This document shows, in pieces, positions 17,809-26,317 of a DNA stretch of 33,189 bases (its first letter is position 1; every line of letters begins with the position of its first letter). The notes below the pieces were generated by a model. That model saw only the letters and a list, made by a program, of their open reading frames with translations. It was not told where the DNA came from and ran no database searches. The DNA comes from a virus. Its lineage: Duplodnaviria; Caudoviricetes. Location: IMG/VR virus record IMGVR_UViG_3300010293_000023, positions 1-33,189 of that record; one strand, written 5' to 3'. Position numbers and translations under genes: made by a program.

Positions 17809-18129
17809 ATGAGAGAACACGAGATTGAGGAGTACATGGATGAGATGTTTGAATACGTGAATGAGGAGGACTTGGTTGAGAATGAGTTGATGTTCAAGTG
17901 GGACATGCAGGGATGGAGAGATTGCTACTTCCAGACAGTGAAAGGCGTGAAATCGTTCACTGCGTATTTCCGTATCAAAGGTGGGACAGGTTATTCGAGA
18001 ATCGTGTGCCTGACCCTGAAATCGAACGGTGGTGTGAATGTGGCGCATTTCCCTGCCGACAAACCATACACGCCGACACAACGTGAAACCAAACTCATCA
18101 ACGCCACACGCAAATACTTGATGGGTTAA
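17809..18129 (+). CDS. Early hypothetical protein
   Basis: GAAAGGA RBS before MREHEIEEY; the upstream in-frame extension overlaps the previous gene. Confidence 0.75.
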   Translation: MREHEIEEYMDEMFEYVNEEDLVENELMFKWDMQGWRDCYFQTVKGVKSFTAYFRIKGGTGYSRIVCLTLKSNGGVNVAHFPADKPYTPTQRETKLINATRKYLMG

Positions 18130-18130
18130 T

Positions 18131-18174
18131 ACGAGAGCACGTCCTCTCGTGTGAGCGCAGGATGTTCCTGCGTT
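18131..18174 (+). repeat. Two-hairpin intergenic element, copy 2
   Basis: ACGAGAG-CACGTC-CTCTCGT, linker GTG, then AGCGCAGGA-TGT-TCCTGCGTT. Confidence 0.8.
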
Positions 18175-18198
18175 GACATGAAAGGGGGTGAACACACC

Positions 18199-18360
18199 TT
18201 GAGCAGAAAGCAAATCGTACAACGTATGGCGCGATTAAACGACATCATTGACGACGCGGAAGAGAAAGGAGATATAGCCGCGTTACAGTCCGCAGTCCTC
18301 GAAACGCTGGTTTTGGCACAAATGTTGGCAGTAGCATCTACCGTCGAAAATCATCAATAA
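18199..18360 (+). CDS. Small early hypothetical protein (53 aa)
   Basis: AAAGGGGGTG RBS, TTG start, helical composition. Confidence 0.6.
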   Translation: MSRKQIVQRMARLNDIIDDAEEKGDIAALQSAVLETLVLAQMLAVASTVENHQ

Positions 18361-18384
18361 GTGCATGTAATAAGCGAACATTAT

Positions 18385-18645
18385 TTCACAAACTTTCCCC
18401 GAAAATCGGAAATGTATCTATCCCAAAAAAGTGAAAGTATGGGTATATAGTACTATACATGTAATAGTAGAATAGAATAATATATACATATTGTATTACA
18501 CACATACTAATACAGTTGAAAATTGTTCAAACAAGTGCGAAGTGTATAAACCCTACACAAGACCTGTTACATTTGACCTACGGACTACCCACACTTTCAC
18601 TTTTTAGGGGGGTATATAGATTTTCAAAAGGGAAAAGTTTGTGAA
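18385..18645. repeat. Long imperfect inverted repeat around a 140 bp AT-rich core (candidate replication origin)
   Basis: TTCACAAACTTT (18385-96) pairs with AAAGTTTGTGAA (18634-45); AAAAAGTGAAAGTATGGGTA (18426-45) pairs with TACCCACACTTTCACTTTTT (18586-605), 19/20. Confidence 0.8.
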
Positions 18646-18663
18646 CGCAAGAAAGGAGAAATC

Positions 18664-19047
18664 ATGCAAAAGTCACAACAGTCACACGAAAAAAAGTCAC
18701 ACGAAAGCGAGTGCTTGTATATAGCGCGCGCACAGGAACCGCATACGAAGGAAGTCGATTACTTTATCATTACTTTGGTACACTTGCCTTATCAACCACA
18801 CGAGGTTAATCGCGTACGCTTGGCGCTCATGCGCAAGGAAGATAAAGAGTCGTATCTCACGTTTACCGACGTGTACGACGAAGTGCGCACGCTGAAGTGG
18901 TCGGGCGCGAGATGGTTAGAGGACAATCCTATCGGGCACACGCGCAGAATCGCGCTAACAACCCCCGAAGGAACCATTAATGTGCGCGAGTTGATTTTCG
19001 CGAACACGTTAAGCGATTTGAACGAGTATTTGGCAAAGGATTACTAA
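18664..19047 (+). CDS. Early hypothetical protein
   Basis: GAAAGGAG RBS, 127 aa. Confidence 0.7.
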   Translation: MQKSQQSHEKKSHESECLYIARAQEPHTKEVDYFIITLVHLPYQPHEVNRVRLALMRKEDKESYLTFTDVYDEVRTLKWSGARWLEDNPIGHTRRIALTTPEGTINVRELIFANTLSDLNEYLAKDY

Positions 19048-19064
19048 TAGAAAGGAGCGAGCAA

Positions 19065-19322
19065 ATGGCACGCACACACGAAAGCGTACACGCGTTGATT
19101 AAGTTCCGCGAGTATTGCGTTGAAACGATTCAAGGCGAATTAGTTGGTTATTTTACATGGAAGGAATTACGGAGGTATTGCGAAGGCGTAAGCGTAAGCG
19201 CACTGAACGCGCACGTGCACCAATTCGACAACGCGTTAATCATGGGTAAGTACATTGTCACACCCGTAGAGTACGTGGATGAGTGTTTACTGACACCGAA
19301 AGGGATTGTGAGGTTACCATGA
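19065..19322 (+). CDS. Early hypothetical protein
   Basis: GAAAGGAG RBS, 85 aa. Confidence 0.75.
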   Translation: MARTHESVHALIKFREYCVETIQGELVGYFTWKELRRYCEGVSVSALNAHVHQFDNALIMGKYIVTPVEYVDECLLTPKGIVRLP

Positions 19323-19347
19323 AGCGTGTAACGAATAAGGAGGACTT

Positions 19348-19572
19348 ATGACACACGAAGCAAGTGCGCTCATGCACTTATGCAAGAAGAAACTTGCACA
19401 TTACTCAAGCACAGAATTGTATGCAATGGCAACAGGATTACGCAACCCGAACATCACGAGCATGTACCCTGAAGATATAGGCGAATTGGTGGATGCGTTT
19501 GGCGCGCAGTTGACCGCGCTCATGATTGAGTTATACCTGCGTGCAAGAGGTCGTTATGGCGCTGGTGAGTAG
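19348..19572 (+). CDS. Early hypothetical protein
   Basis: TAAGGAGG RBS, 74 aa. Confidence 0.75.
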   Translation: MTHEASALMHLCKKKLAHYSSTELYAMATGLRNPNITSMYPEDIGELVDAFGAQLTALMIELYLRARGRYGAGE

Positions 19573-20143
19573 TACGGGCGCACTCTTAACCATCCCTGCG
19601 GATTACGTCTGGGACTTCGCGTTGTACATAAAGCACATGCGTGAACGTTCTCTAAAAGCAGGCAGTCCTACATCATCAATCATAGAAACCCTTCAGGATT
19701 CGTGGCAAGAACTGAATTGGATGCACGGGTGCACGTTGGAACAAATCCTTGCGGTCAAAGGAGGTTACACAAGTGCACGTCAGGAGGACTTCCGAGCACT
19801 TAAGAGTCCTGATGAGAAAGAGCGCTACTTTGATATTGCGACATATTCCCTTCAACGCTTTCACCATTATGGTAAAGACACATGGCAGTATATTTGTCAT
19901 GATTTGCCTGTCCGCGCTTGTGAAGTCTTTGGGTATTCCATAGACAATTCTTGGACAAAGGAGCGCAACGTTGCGAAACCCACATGGTTTGGCGCGGTAA
20001 TGAGAAGTGTTGAACCCACATCAACACAAGTCACATACAAATGCAAGTTTTGTGGTCAACCCACGGATTGTAGTGTAGATGAAGACGTACTTTGTCCCGC
20101 ATGCCGTAAGGTATTCGGGGTCACGTATTACGAGGAGATTTAG
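19556..20143 (+). CDS. Hypothetical protein with C-terminal zinc ribbon
   Basis: GAGGT RBS; CKFC...CPAC at the C-terminus. Confidence 0.7.
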   Translation: MALVSSTGALLTIPADYVWDFALYIKHMRERSLKAGSPTSSIIETLQDSWQELNWMHGCTLEQILAVKGGYTSARQEDFRALKSPDEKERYFDIATYSLQRFHHYGKDTWQYICHDLPVRACEVFGYSIDNSWTKERNVAKPTWFGAVMRSVEPTSTQVTYKCKFCGQPTDCSVDEDVLCPACRKVFGVTYYEEI

Positions 20144-20159
20144 AAAGGAGTTATTACAC

Positions 20160-20354
20160 ATGATAACGGGATTCATTTTTATGGTTGTAGTTGCAGCGTT
20201 TATGGTAGGGAATATCATCATGATGTTTGTGGAAGTTTTGTTTAATACGCACATAGCGAGCGTGAACATGTTCCACCCTGGCATGCTGGTGTATTGGATT
20301 ATCGTCACAATCATCTTACGTGTACTCGTAGAAGTTTACGATACATATGATTAG
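20160..20354 (+). CDS. Small two-TM membrane protein
   Basis: GAAAGGAG RBS; two hydrophobic segments. Confidence 0.7.
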   Translation: MITGFIFMVVVAAFMVGNIIMMFVEVLFNTHIASVNMFHPGMLVYWIIVTIILRVLVEVYDTYD

Positions 20355-20366
20355 AAAGGAGTAATC

Positions 20367-20735
20367 ATGGACTCATGCGAAAGAACACAATTCAAAGTTA
20401 TCAAGCAAATGTCAACCGTAAGCGCACTTGACTTCACGAACAAGACCTTACATACCAAACTGCATTTTGCTCGGTTACAGATTGTTCACGCACTTGGCGA
20501 ATTACGCACACACTCATCTTACATTGTGGACACAGGACATAAAGACGGTGCTGAACTCCACACAGTATGTACCAACGGAGTGATAGTGATTGCGAACTTA
20601 TGGCGCGCAGAGATTATCACCTACCTCATTGCACGACCTGGACAAATCAAGCGTTACGGAATTAACGACAACGAGTTGATTCATCTGTGTCGTACACACG
20701 TTTATCAAGGTTTACATGACGTGAGAAACACGTAA
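20367..20735 (+). CDS. Phage hypothetical protein
   Basis: GAAAGGAG RBS; VDTGH.DG.ELH...NGVIVI.N and LIARPGQIKRY motifs recalled from uncharacterised phage proteins. Confidence 0.75.
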   Translation: MDSCERTQFKVIKQMSTVSALDFTNKTLHTKLHFARLQIVHALGELRTHSSYIVDTGHKDGAELHTVCTNGVIVIANLWRAEIITYLIARPGQIKRYGINDNELIHLCRTHVYQGLHDVRNT

Positions 20736-20745
20736 GGAGAACAAA

Positions 20746-21327
20746 ATGACACGAAAAACACCCACATTTAACACACTCAATGAGACATCCATTGAAACTT
20801 TGGCAAAACACCAACCCAATCGCGAGTATCTCGTGAGTTGGAATGAGAAAGGCGACCTCATCAAATTAACGCTGATGGGGAGTGCGAAACCACTCACACG
20901 CAAGCAATTGACTGCCTCGCAATTTGGCACACAAGAAGAGCGTGAAAGCCTCACGGAAACATGTATCACGCACACCAAGACAGGTTCTATGGTTATCGCG
21001 TTCGGACGGGACAAGAAAGGCAACATTCGCAACGTGAACCCGTTGAAAGCAGGTTATGTCATGTATGACAAGAAAACCATCAAGACCATGAACTCCCTCG
21101 ACGACGCAGTGAACGAATTGCTGCGACACAAAGAAGACGAAACCTACGACTTAATCCTGAGATTCAAACGCAGGCAGAACAAATGGTTACTGCATGCAGG
21201 CGTGTACGCGGAAGAGTTACCCAAGACCTACGCGTATTCCAAGGACAGTCCAATCAAAGTTTACGATTTAGTGACGCGTTCTCATCTGTGGGAACCGCAA
21301 CCGCTGACAGCGGAGGAAGGAGAATAA
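20746..21327 (+). CDS. Hypothetical protein
   Basis: TAAGGAG RBS, 193 aa. Confidence 0.8.
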   Translation: MTRKTPTFNTLNETSIETLAKHQPNREYLVSWNEKGDLIKLTLMGSAKPLTRKQLTASQFGTQEERESLTETCITHTKTGSMVIAFGRDKKGNIRNVNPLKAGYVMYDKKTIKTMNSLDDAVNELLRHKEDETYDLILRFKRRQNKWLLHAGVYAEELPKTYAYSKDSPIKVYDLVTRSHLWEPQPLTAEEGE

Positions 21328-21328
21328 C

Positions 21329-22009
21329 ATGAACCCACTACTTGACTATCGTTTCTGGGGCGCGCTTGCATTAGCGCTACTTCTGGTGTATGTCGTCTTG
21401 TCCATAGGACGACCTAAAGCACCGAAAGAAGGTGTGACTTCAAAGGTCATAAACTCGAAGGAGGAGTTTGAGAAATTACTGCGCAATAACAAACCACGCA
21501 CGGAAGAAAATGTTCGACACATAGCGTTCGGAGTGGACTCGGATGGTGAAGTGCATGGTACGTTTGAAACACCTGAAGATTACCAACAAGCGCTTTTGAC
21601 ACTACGCGAAGAACGCATGAAAGTGCTAAATGACCCAGCGAAACTTGCTATCTTAACACGAGCAGTTCAAATCCTCATGTTCCGTATGAAAAACATCAAT
21701 GAGCAACACCTGGATTTTAAGATATTCTCAATGCAAAAGTTCTTTGAATCTGCCTACGGGGAACAAAGCGGGAGAAGTCACATAGAAAAGCGCGTAGAAC
21801 TCGCAGGGTTTCAAAGACTCGTAGAAGGACTTCCCGAAGATGCAAGTCCGACAACATGGTGGTGGCGCTATCATGGGTCAACCATTCGGGAGATGAACCG
21901 CAGGGGTATGATAGTTGATGTAAATTGGTTAGTAGATGAAAATGAATACACACCTATGACCAAAGCAGACGTTTTAGATTTGCTTAACTCTTACCAACAT
22001 AAAGCGTAA
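21329..22009 (+). CDS. Membrane-anchored hypothetical protein
   Basis: AAGGAG RBS; N-terminal TM FWGALALALLLVYVVLSIG. Confidence 0.8.
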   Translation: MNPLLDYRFWGALALALLLVYVVLSIGRPKAPKEGVTSKVINSKEEFEKLLRNNKPRTEENVRHIAFGVDSDGEVHGTFETPEDYQQALLTLREERMKVLNDPAKLAILTRAVQILMFRMKNINEQHLDFKIFSMQKFFESAYGEQSGRSHIEKRVELAGFQRLVEGLPEDASPTTWWWRYHGSTIREMNRRGMIVDVNWLVDENEYTPMTKADVLDLLNSYQHKA

Positions 22010-22029
22010 AACGCTAAGGAGAAAAACAC

Positions 22030-22554
22030 ATGAAAAAAGTATTCGACATTAAACACTTCGCAGACACCTGCACCGTTGATTATGCGAATGATTTGTATAT
22101 GCTCGTACGTATTATCGCTGTTACAGGCAGTATGCTTGGATTAGAAAACCTGCAAGGCATGACGCTGGAAGAAGCAGACAAGTATTGCGAAGAGTATGAG
22201 ATGAACCCTGTTTCCGAGATGTCCGAAGACCTAGAATTGTTCTTCGTGGATGAAGATAAGCATGTGAAGTTAGACATTCAAAACATCCACCGTGTATTAG
22301 CCGCGCAGTACGCAAGTTTCTTGGTGGAAGACCTAATACTTGCAGACACACCTGAAAAGGTAGAAACGATTGCCGATTTCTTGGAAGTACTTTCCCGTCT
22401 GCCGCAACACACCGCGTACATGGAAAGTGACGGTTACTTGAGCAGACCATTTGAAGAATTGAGTTCTGAAGAACGCGCGCTTGTATTGGATTTCGCCGAA
22501 CTTCAAATCACCGCACAGATATTTAACGACAGATACATGAAAGGAGGTGAGTAG
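22030..22554 (+). CDS. Acidic hypothetical protein
   Basis: TAAGGAG RBS, 174 aa, D/E-rich. Confidence 0.8.
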   Translation: MKKVFDIKHFADTCTVDYANDLYMLVRIIAVTGSMLGLENLQGMTLEEADKYCEEYEMNPVSEMSEDLELFFVDEDKHVKLDIQNIHRVLAAQYASFLVEDLILADTPEKVETIADFLEVLSRLPQHTAYMESDGYLSRPFEELSSEERALVLDFAELQITAQIFNDRYMKGGE

Positions 22555-22555
22555 T

Positions 22556-22732
22556 GTGCCGCGTAAAATCACACAAATCAAAATCGTCGTAGGTGAATTA
22601 GGTGTGAATAAGTTTTTGACTACACAGAAGTACGAGGAAATTATCGAGATTAAGTTCCTGCACTTCAGACCCGATTATGAAGTTGAAGTATTCGCAGTTG
22701 TTTACACCACATGGAAAACGGAGGAAAACTAA
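22556..22732 (+). CDS. Small hypothetical protein
   Basis: AAGGAGG RBS, GTG start. Confidence 0.65.
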   Translation: MPRKITQIKIVVGELGVNKFLTTQKYEEIIEIKFLHFRPDYEVEVFAVVYTTWKTEEN

Positions 22733-22734
22733 CC

Positions 22735-23145
22735 ATGGCACTAACAAAAGCACAAATGAAGGAATTCGCATCCAAACTTTTCTCAACCGCGTTAAGCGTA
22801 TCAGGAAAGCAATCCCAAATGTCAGTTGAGGTTACAGATGAAAATATTCGCACGTCAATTTCGGGCGCACCTGCAATGATTTTCAATTCGTTGGCGTTCA
22901 TCATCATGGAGTTGTCACGTCAAGTGGATGAGTCCACGCCGTTGGACGTATTGGAACAGATTTCAAATCGGGTACATGAAGCATGGGAAACTGCGCAACA
23001 AGTGGAAGATGCTTCTATGCTGGAGTTTATGGACAGTCCTGAACGACTCATAGAAGCACTTCAAGAGTTAATGGGCATTGCTGCGAAGCAAGTGAAGGAG
23101 GAAAAGAAGCGAAAAGAAGAACCGAAAACAGGCAAGTTCAGTTGA
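22735..23145 (+). CDS. Hypothetical protein
   Basis: GGAGG RBS before MALTK. Confidence 0.75.
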   Translation: MALTKAQMKEFASKLFSTALSVSGKQSQMSVEVTDENIRTSISGAPAMIFNSLAFIIMELSRQVDESTPLDVLEQISNRVHEAWETAQQVEDASMLEFMDSPERLIEALQELMGIAAKQVKEEKKRKEEPKTGKFS

Positions 23146-23193
23146 GTACTTGCCACAACACAGGAGAACAAAGAACGAAAGAAACGGAGGTAA

Positions 23194-24900
23194 TTGCCTG
23201 TGGGGACACTTAAACAAGCACCCAGAGATAAGTACGACATTGTCATATTCAAAGTTTTAGGGTACAGTCATAAAGGTACCGAATTGGATTTATTTATTCA
23301 TACCATACGACACCGACGCAACGGGCGGTACTACCCATACGTTGTGACCTTAGTAAACACACCTGAACAAGCCTATTTGGAAATGTATTCAGACAAATCG
23401 CCTTTGGCAGATGCAAACGGCATATTCAACCGAAGTGTTTACTTTCCAAAAGTAAGTTATCTGAAGGAGGATTGGGGCGCACCAAACCTACTTGTTGATA
23501 CCAAATCCGACATGATTATGTATATACTCGAACGGGAACCTCAAGCACTTCTTGAGTCCATGTTCGACAAAGCACCCTTGTTCCAAAATTGGGGAACTAT
23601 ACACAGAAGAGCACGGGAAGCGTTTGGTATATTGAAGCAAGAAGGGTATTACGGCGGAATCCGACCAGAGTATTACCAAAATTATATCACAACCGCTGTG
23701 CTTATTGCGGGAAACCACGACCCTTGGCAATCGAACAGGTTCAAACAAATGATTATTGGGGACAATGTTTACCCACCCTTATATAGGTATAGCGAACCTG
23801 CTTACAAGTCTAAAATGTCTGCCGCGAAAACCGCGCAAGGAGGAACAACAGAGCCTATGAGCAACCCATCAACCACCGCAACGATTGACCTTTCAGTAAT
23901 CAAAGAACTCAAAGACGCAATCAAATCCATTGAAAGAAAACCGACTGTATTGGAAGAGCGTTTGCTCGAAGCAGTTATCGAGAAAACTAAAGACCTCGCG
24001 ACTGCGGAATTGGAATTGGAATTAAAATCGCGCCTTCAAGACTTCATCCAAAAGACGTATGGTGTACTACCGCAACTCTTGGAAATCAAAGTGGCGAACG
24101 GCGCGACAAAACTGACCACAGGTATTTTCCATGAGAAGTTGCCTGACATCCTGACCATGCTGGCGAACAACATTCCTGTCATGTTGACGGGACCCGCAGG
24201 TTCTGGGAAGAACTACTCGCTGGAACAAGCAGCGCAGGCATTGGAAATCCCCTTCTACTACACGGGAGCGATTACCCAAGAGTATAAACTCACAGGGTTT
24301 ATTGACGCAGGGGGTCGCTACCACGAAACCGAGTTCTATAAGGCGTTTAAGAACGGCGGTCTGTTCATGTTGGATGAAGTTGACGCAAGTTCGCCAGAAA
24401 CCCTCGTCATTCTCAATGGTGCAATCGCGAACCGCTACTTCGACTTCCCGAACGGACGCATCCAGGCGCATGAGAACTTCCGTATTGCTTGTGCTGGGAA
24501 TACGTACGGTACAGGCGCAGACATGATATATGTAGGAAGAAACGTGCTGGATGGTGCGACGCTGGACAGATTCGCGGTCATCAAAATGGACTATGACTTG
24601 AATATAGAGAAACAGTTGTGTCCTGACCAAGAGTTCTTCGACTTCGTACAGGCAGTACGTAAGACGGTGTTTAAGACCAAGTTACGTCATATCGTAGGGA
24701 TGAGAGCAAGTATCAATGGGTATCGTTCGCTGATGGCAGGAATGTCAAAGCAGTTCATCATTGAAAGCATCCTGCTTAAAGGATTAGGTATTGACGACAT
24801 CAACGTGTTGATGACAAACCTGGAAGATGGTGTGAAGTCAACAGATTGGGGAAGAGAACTTGGCAAGTATCAAAGTACCATGAAAAAGGCGGTGAAATAA
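23194..24900 (+). CDS. MoxR/CbbQ/CobS-like AAA+ ATPase with long N-terminal extension
   Basis: Walker A GPAGSGKN, Walker B FMLDEVD, AHENFRIACAGNT.G.G and LDGATLDRF arginine finger. Start may be GTG 23200. Confidence 0.88.
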   Translation: MPVGTLKQAPRDKYDIVIFKVLGYSHKGTELDLFIHTIRHRRNGRYYPYVVTLVNTPEQAYLEMYSDKSPLADANGIFNRSVYFPKVSYLKEDWGAPNLLVDTKSDMIMYILEREPQALLESMFDKAPLFQNWGTIHRRAREAFGILKQEGYYGGIRPEYYQNYITTAVLIAGNHDPWQSNRFKQMIIGDNVYPPLYRYSEPAYKSKMSAAKTAQGGTTEPMSNPSTTATIDLSVIKELKDAIKSIERKPTVLEERLLEAVIEKTKDLATAELELELKSRLQDFIQKTYGVLPQLLEIKVANGATKLTTGIFHEKLPDILTMLANNIPVMLTGPAGSGKNYSLEQAAQALEIPFYYTGAITQEYKLTGFIDAGGRYHETEFYKAFKNGGLFMLDEVDASSPETLVILNGAIANRYFDFPNGRIQAHENFRIACAGNTYGTGADMIYVGRNVLDGATLDRFAVIKMDYDLNIEKQLCPDQEFFDFVQAVRKTVFKTKLRHIVGMRASINGYRSLMAGMSKQFIIESILLKGLGIDDINVLMTNLEDGVKSTDWGRELGKYQSTMKKAVK

Positions 24901-25700
24901 TGTATATCGTTGACGACGTACACTACTTCGCGAATCTGCAAGATTTCATTAACGAAGTAAAAGGTAAACCCACTATTCGAGGCAGGAACGAAGAAAGTTC
25001 CTCCACCAGCAGTTATACTTGGTACAAAACGAGAAACATAGAAGAAGCATGGCAGTACTTGGAAGAAGGGTACTTGGACAACGTGGGTACTGAAGTACTC
25101 CAGAAAGTAGAGAAGTTGTTGACGAAATCCCACAAGGTTGTGCAGTATAACGACGTGAAAGGTTTTATTCCGAATGTGCCGCTATATCTAAAGGGCATAC
25201 CCACGAACATGATTAACCGCGACGTGAAGATTTACCAAGACAAGATTATTAACATACTTATCAACTCCTCTGTGTCAGGTGGTACCAGCACGGATTTCAT
25301 TATCAAATGCGCAACGGAGATTCTTGAAGTCATCATCAATTTTGAAACACAAGGTTACCGTGTGAACTTATACAAAATGATAGGTTCAACTTCTGGTAAA
25401 GACAGCATACTTGGATTTATCAAGATGAAGGATGACCGCGAGCGTATCAATCTTAAGAAGTTAGTATTCCCGATTACACACCCATCGATGCAACGTCGAT
25501 TGGACTTTAGGTTCCGCGAAACCATGGGGGCTTTTGACGTAACACATCTCGGTTATGGTAATCAGTCAAATTGGAACAAGGAGTTTGTCGCCAAGTATTT
25601 CAAGCGCTTGTGCAACGGGGACTTCCTGTACGCCAACCTCCATGATTACGACCCAAATTGGTACAAAGCGAAGTGGGTAGAAAAGGAGGAAAAAGAATGA
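24900..25700 (+). CDS. VWA-like partner of the AAA+ ATPase (CobT-like)
   Basis: TAATG coupling to the AAA gene; degenerate MIDAS-like INSSVSG, GFIPNVPLYLKGIP, HPSMQRR and GYG motifs. Confidence 0.65.
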   Translation: MYIVDDVHYFANLQDFINEVKGKPTIRGRNEESSSTSSYTWYKTRNIEEAWQYLEEGYLDNVGTEVLQKVEKLLTKSHKVVQYNDVKGFIPNVPLYLKGIPTNMINRDVKIYQDKIINILINSSVSGGTSTDFIIKCATEILEVIINFETQGYRVNLYKMIGSTSGKDSILGFIKMKDDRERINLKKLVFPITHPSMQRRLDFRFRETMGAFDVTHLGYGNQSNWNKEFVAKYFKRLCNGDFLYANLHDYDPNWYKAKWVEKEEKE

Positions 25701-25912
25701 CAAAAGAAATCATAGGTATCATTGCATCAGTAATTATTATTTTTGGTTTCACATTTAAGGATGAATTGTTAATTCGATTTTTTAACTTCATAGGCGCAGG
25801 TCTGTGGTTAATTTACGGAGTATTGACAAACTCTTCATCTGTTATTTTATTTAACGTTATTTTGATTGTTTTACAGATAAAGCATATTTATAGTCTGCTG
25901 GTGAAAAAATGA
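25697..25912 (+). CDS. Small three-TM membrane protein (YgjV/PQ-loop-like)
   Basis: 71 aa, AGGAGG RBS; LIRFFNFIGAGLWLIYG.L...S...FN pattern; AT-rich. Confidence 0.65.
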   Translation: MTKEIIGIIASVIIIFGFTFKDELLIRFFNFIGAGLWLIYGVLTNSSSVILFNVILIVLQIKHIYSLLVKK

Positions 25913-26283
25913 AAAAGGTACATCAGTATCATCCGCGTAGTGGTAAATACATACGCACGTTTAACTCGATTACTGACGCAGCAAAAGGGTTCAATGCAAT
26001 CCCCTCAAGTATTGGAATATGCGCAGGAGGTCGCACGCAAACAAGTAGTGGCTATCGCTGGAGTTTTGAGAAGTATGACGTAATCCCAATAACAAGGGAA
26101 CGCTATGCCTCGCGACGCAAACCTGTATTGCGTATAGACCCGAAGAACGGGGAGGAAACGTATTACAAGTCCTTGGAAAAAGCCGCGGAAGAAAACTATG
26201 CGTACCGTCAGAACATATCAAACGCAATCAAACGAAAAGGTTTACATTTAGGTTATGTTTGGAGATTTGTAAAAGAAATATGA
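25909..26283 (+). CDS. Tandem NUMOD1 DNA-binding domain protein
   Basis: Two repeats: VHQY..SGKYIRTFNSITDAA...GYRWSF and YYKSLEKAA...NISNAIK...GYVWRF; no HNH or GIY-YIG motif. Confidence 0.75.
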   Translation: MKKVHQYHPRSGKYIRTFNSITDAAKGFNAIPSSIGICAGGRTQTSSGYRWSFEKYDVIPITRERYASRRKPVLRIDPKNGEETYYKSLEKAAEENYAYRQNISNAIKRKGLHLGYVWRFVKEI

Positions 26284-26317
26284 TTAACGCGCTATTGTGC
26301 GCGAGAAAGGCAAAACT

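Noticed and set aside
17730-18174. Mini CRISPR array
   Set aside because: Only two divergent copies separated by a 320 bp gene; no constant spacer length and no cas genes.
17554-18222. 222-aa minus-strand ORF, and other antisense ORFs such as 24067-24630 and 30106-30603
   Set aside because: Antisense to well-supported genes with RBSs; no recognisable motifs.
23131-23154. Hairpin GGCAAGT-N10-ACTTGCC over a stop codon
   Set aside because: Single short stem without a U tract or similarity to the repeated element; could be chance.
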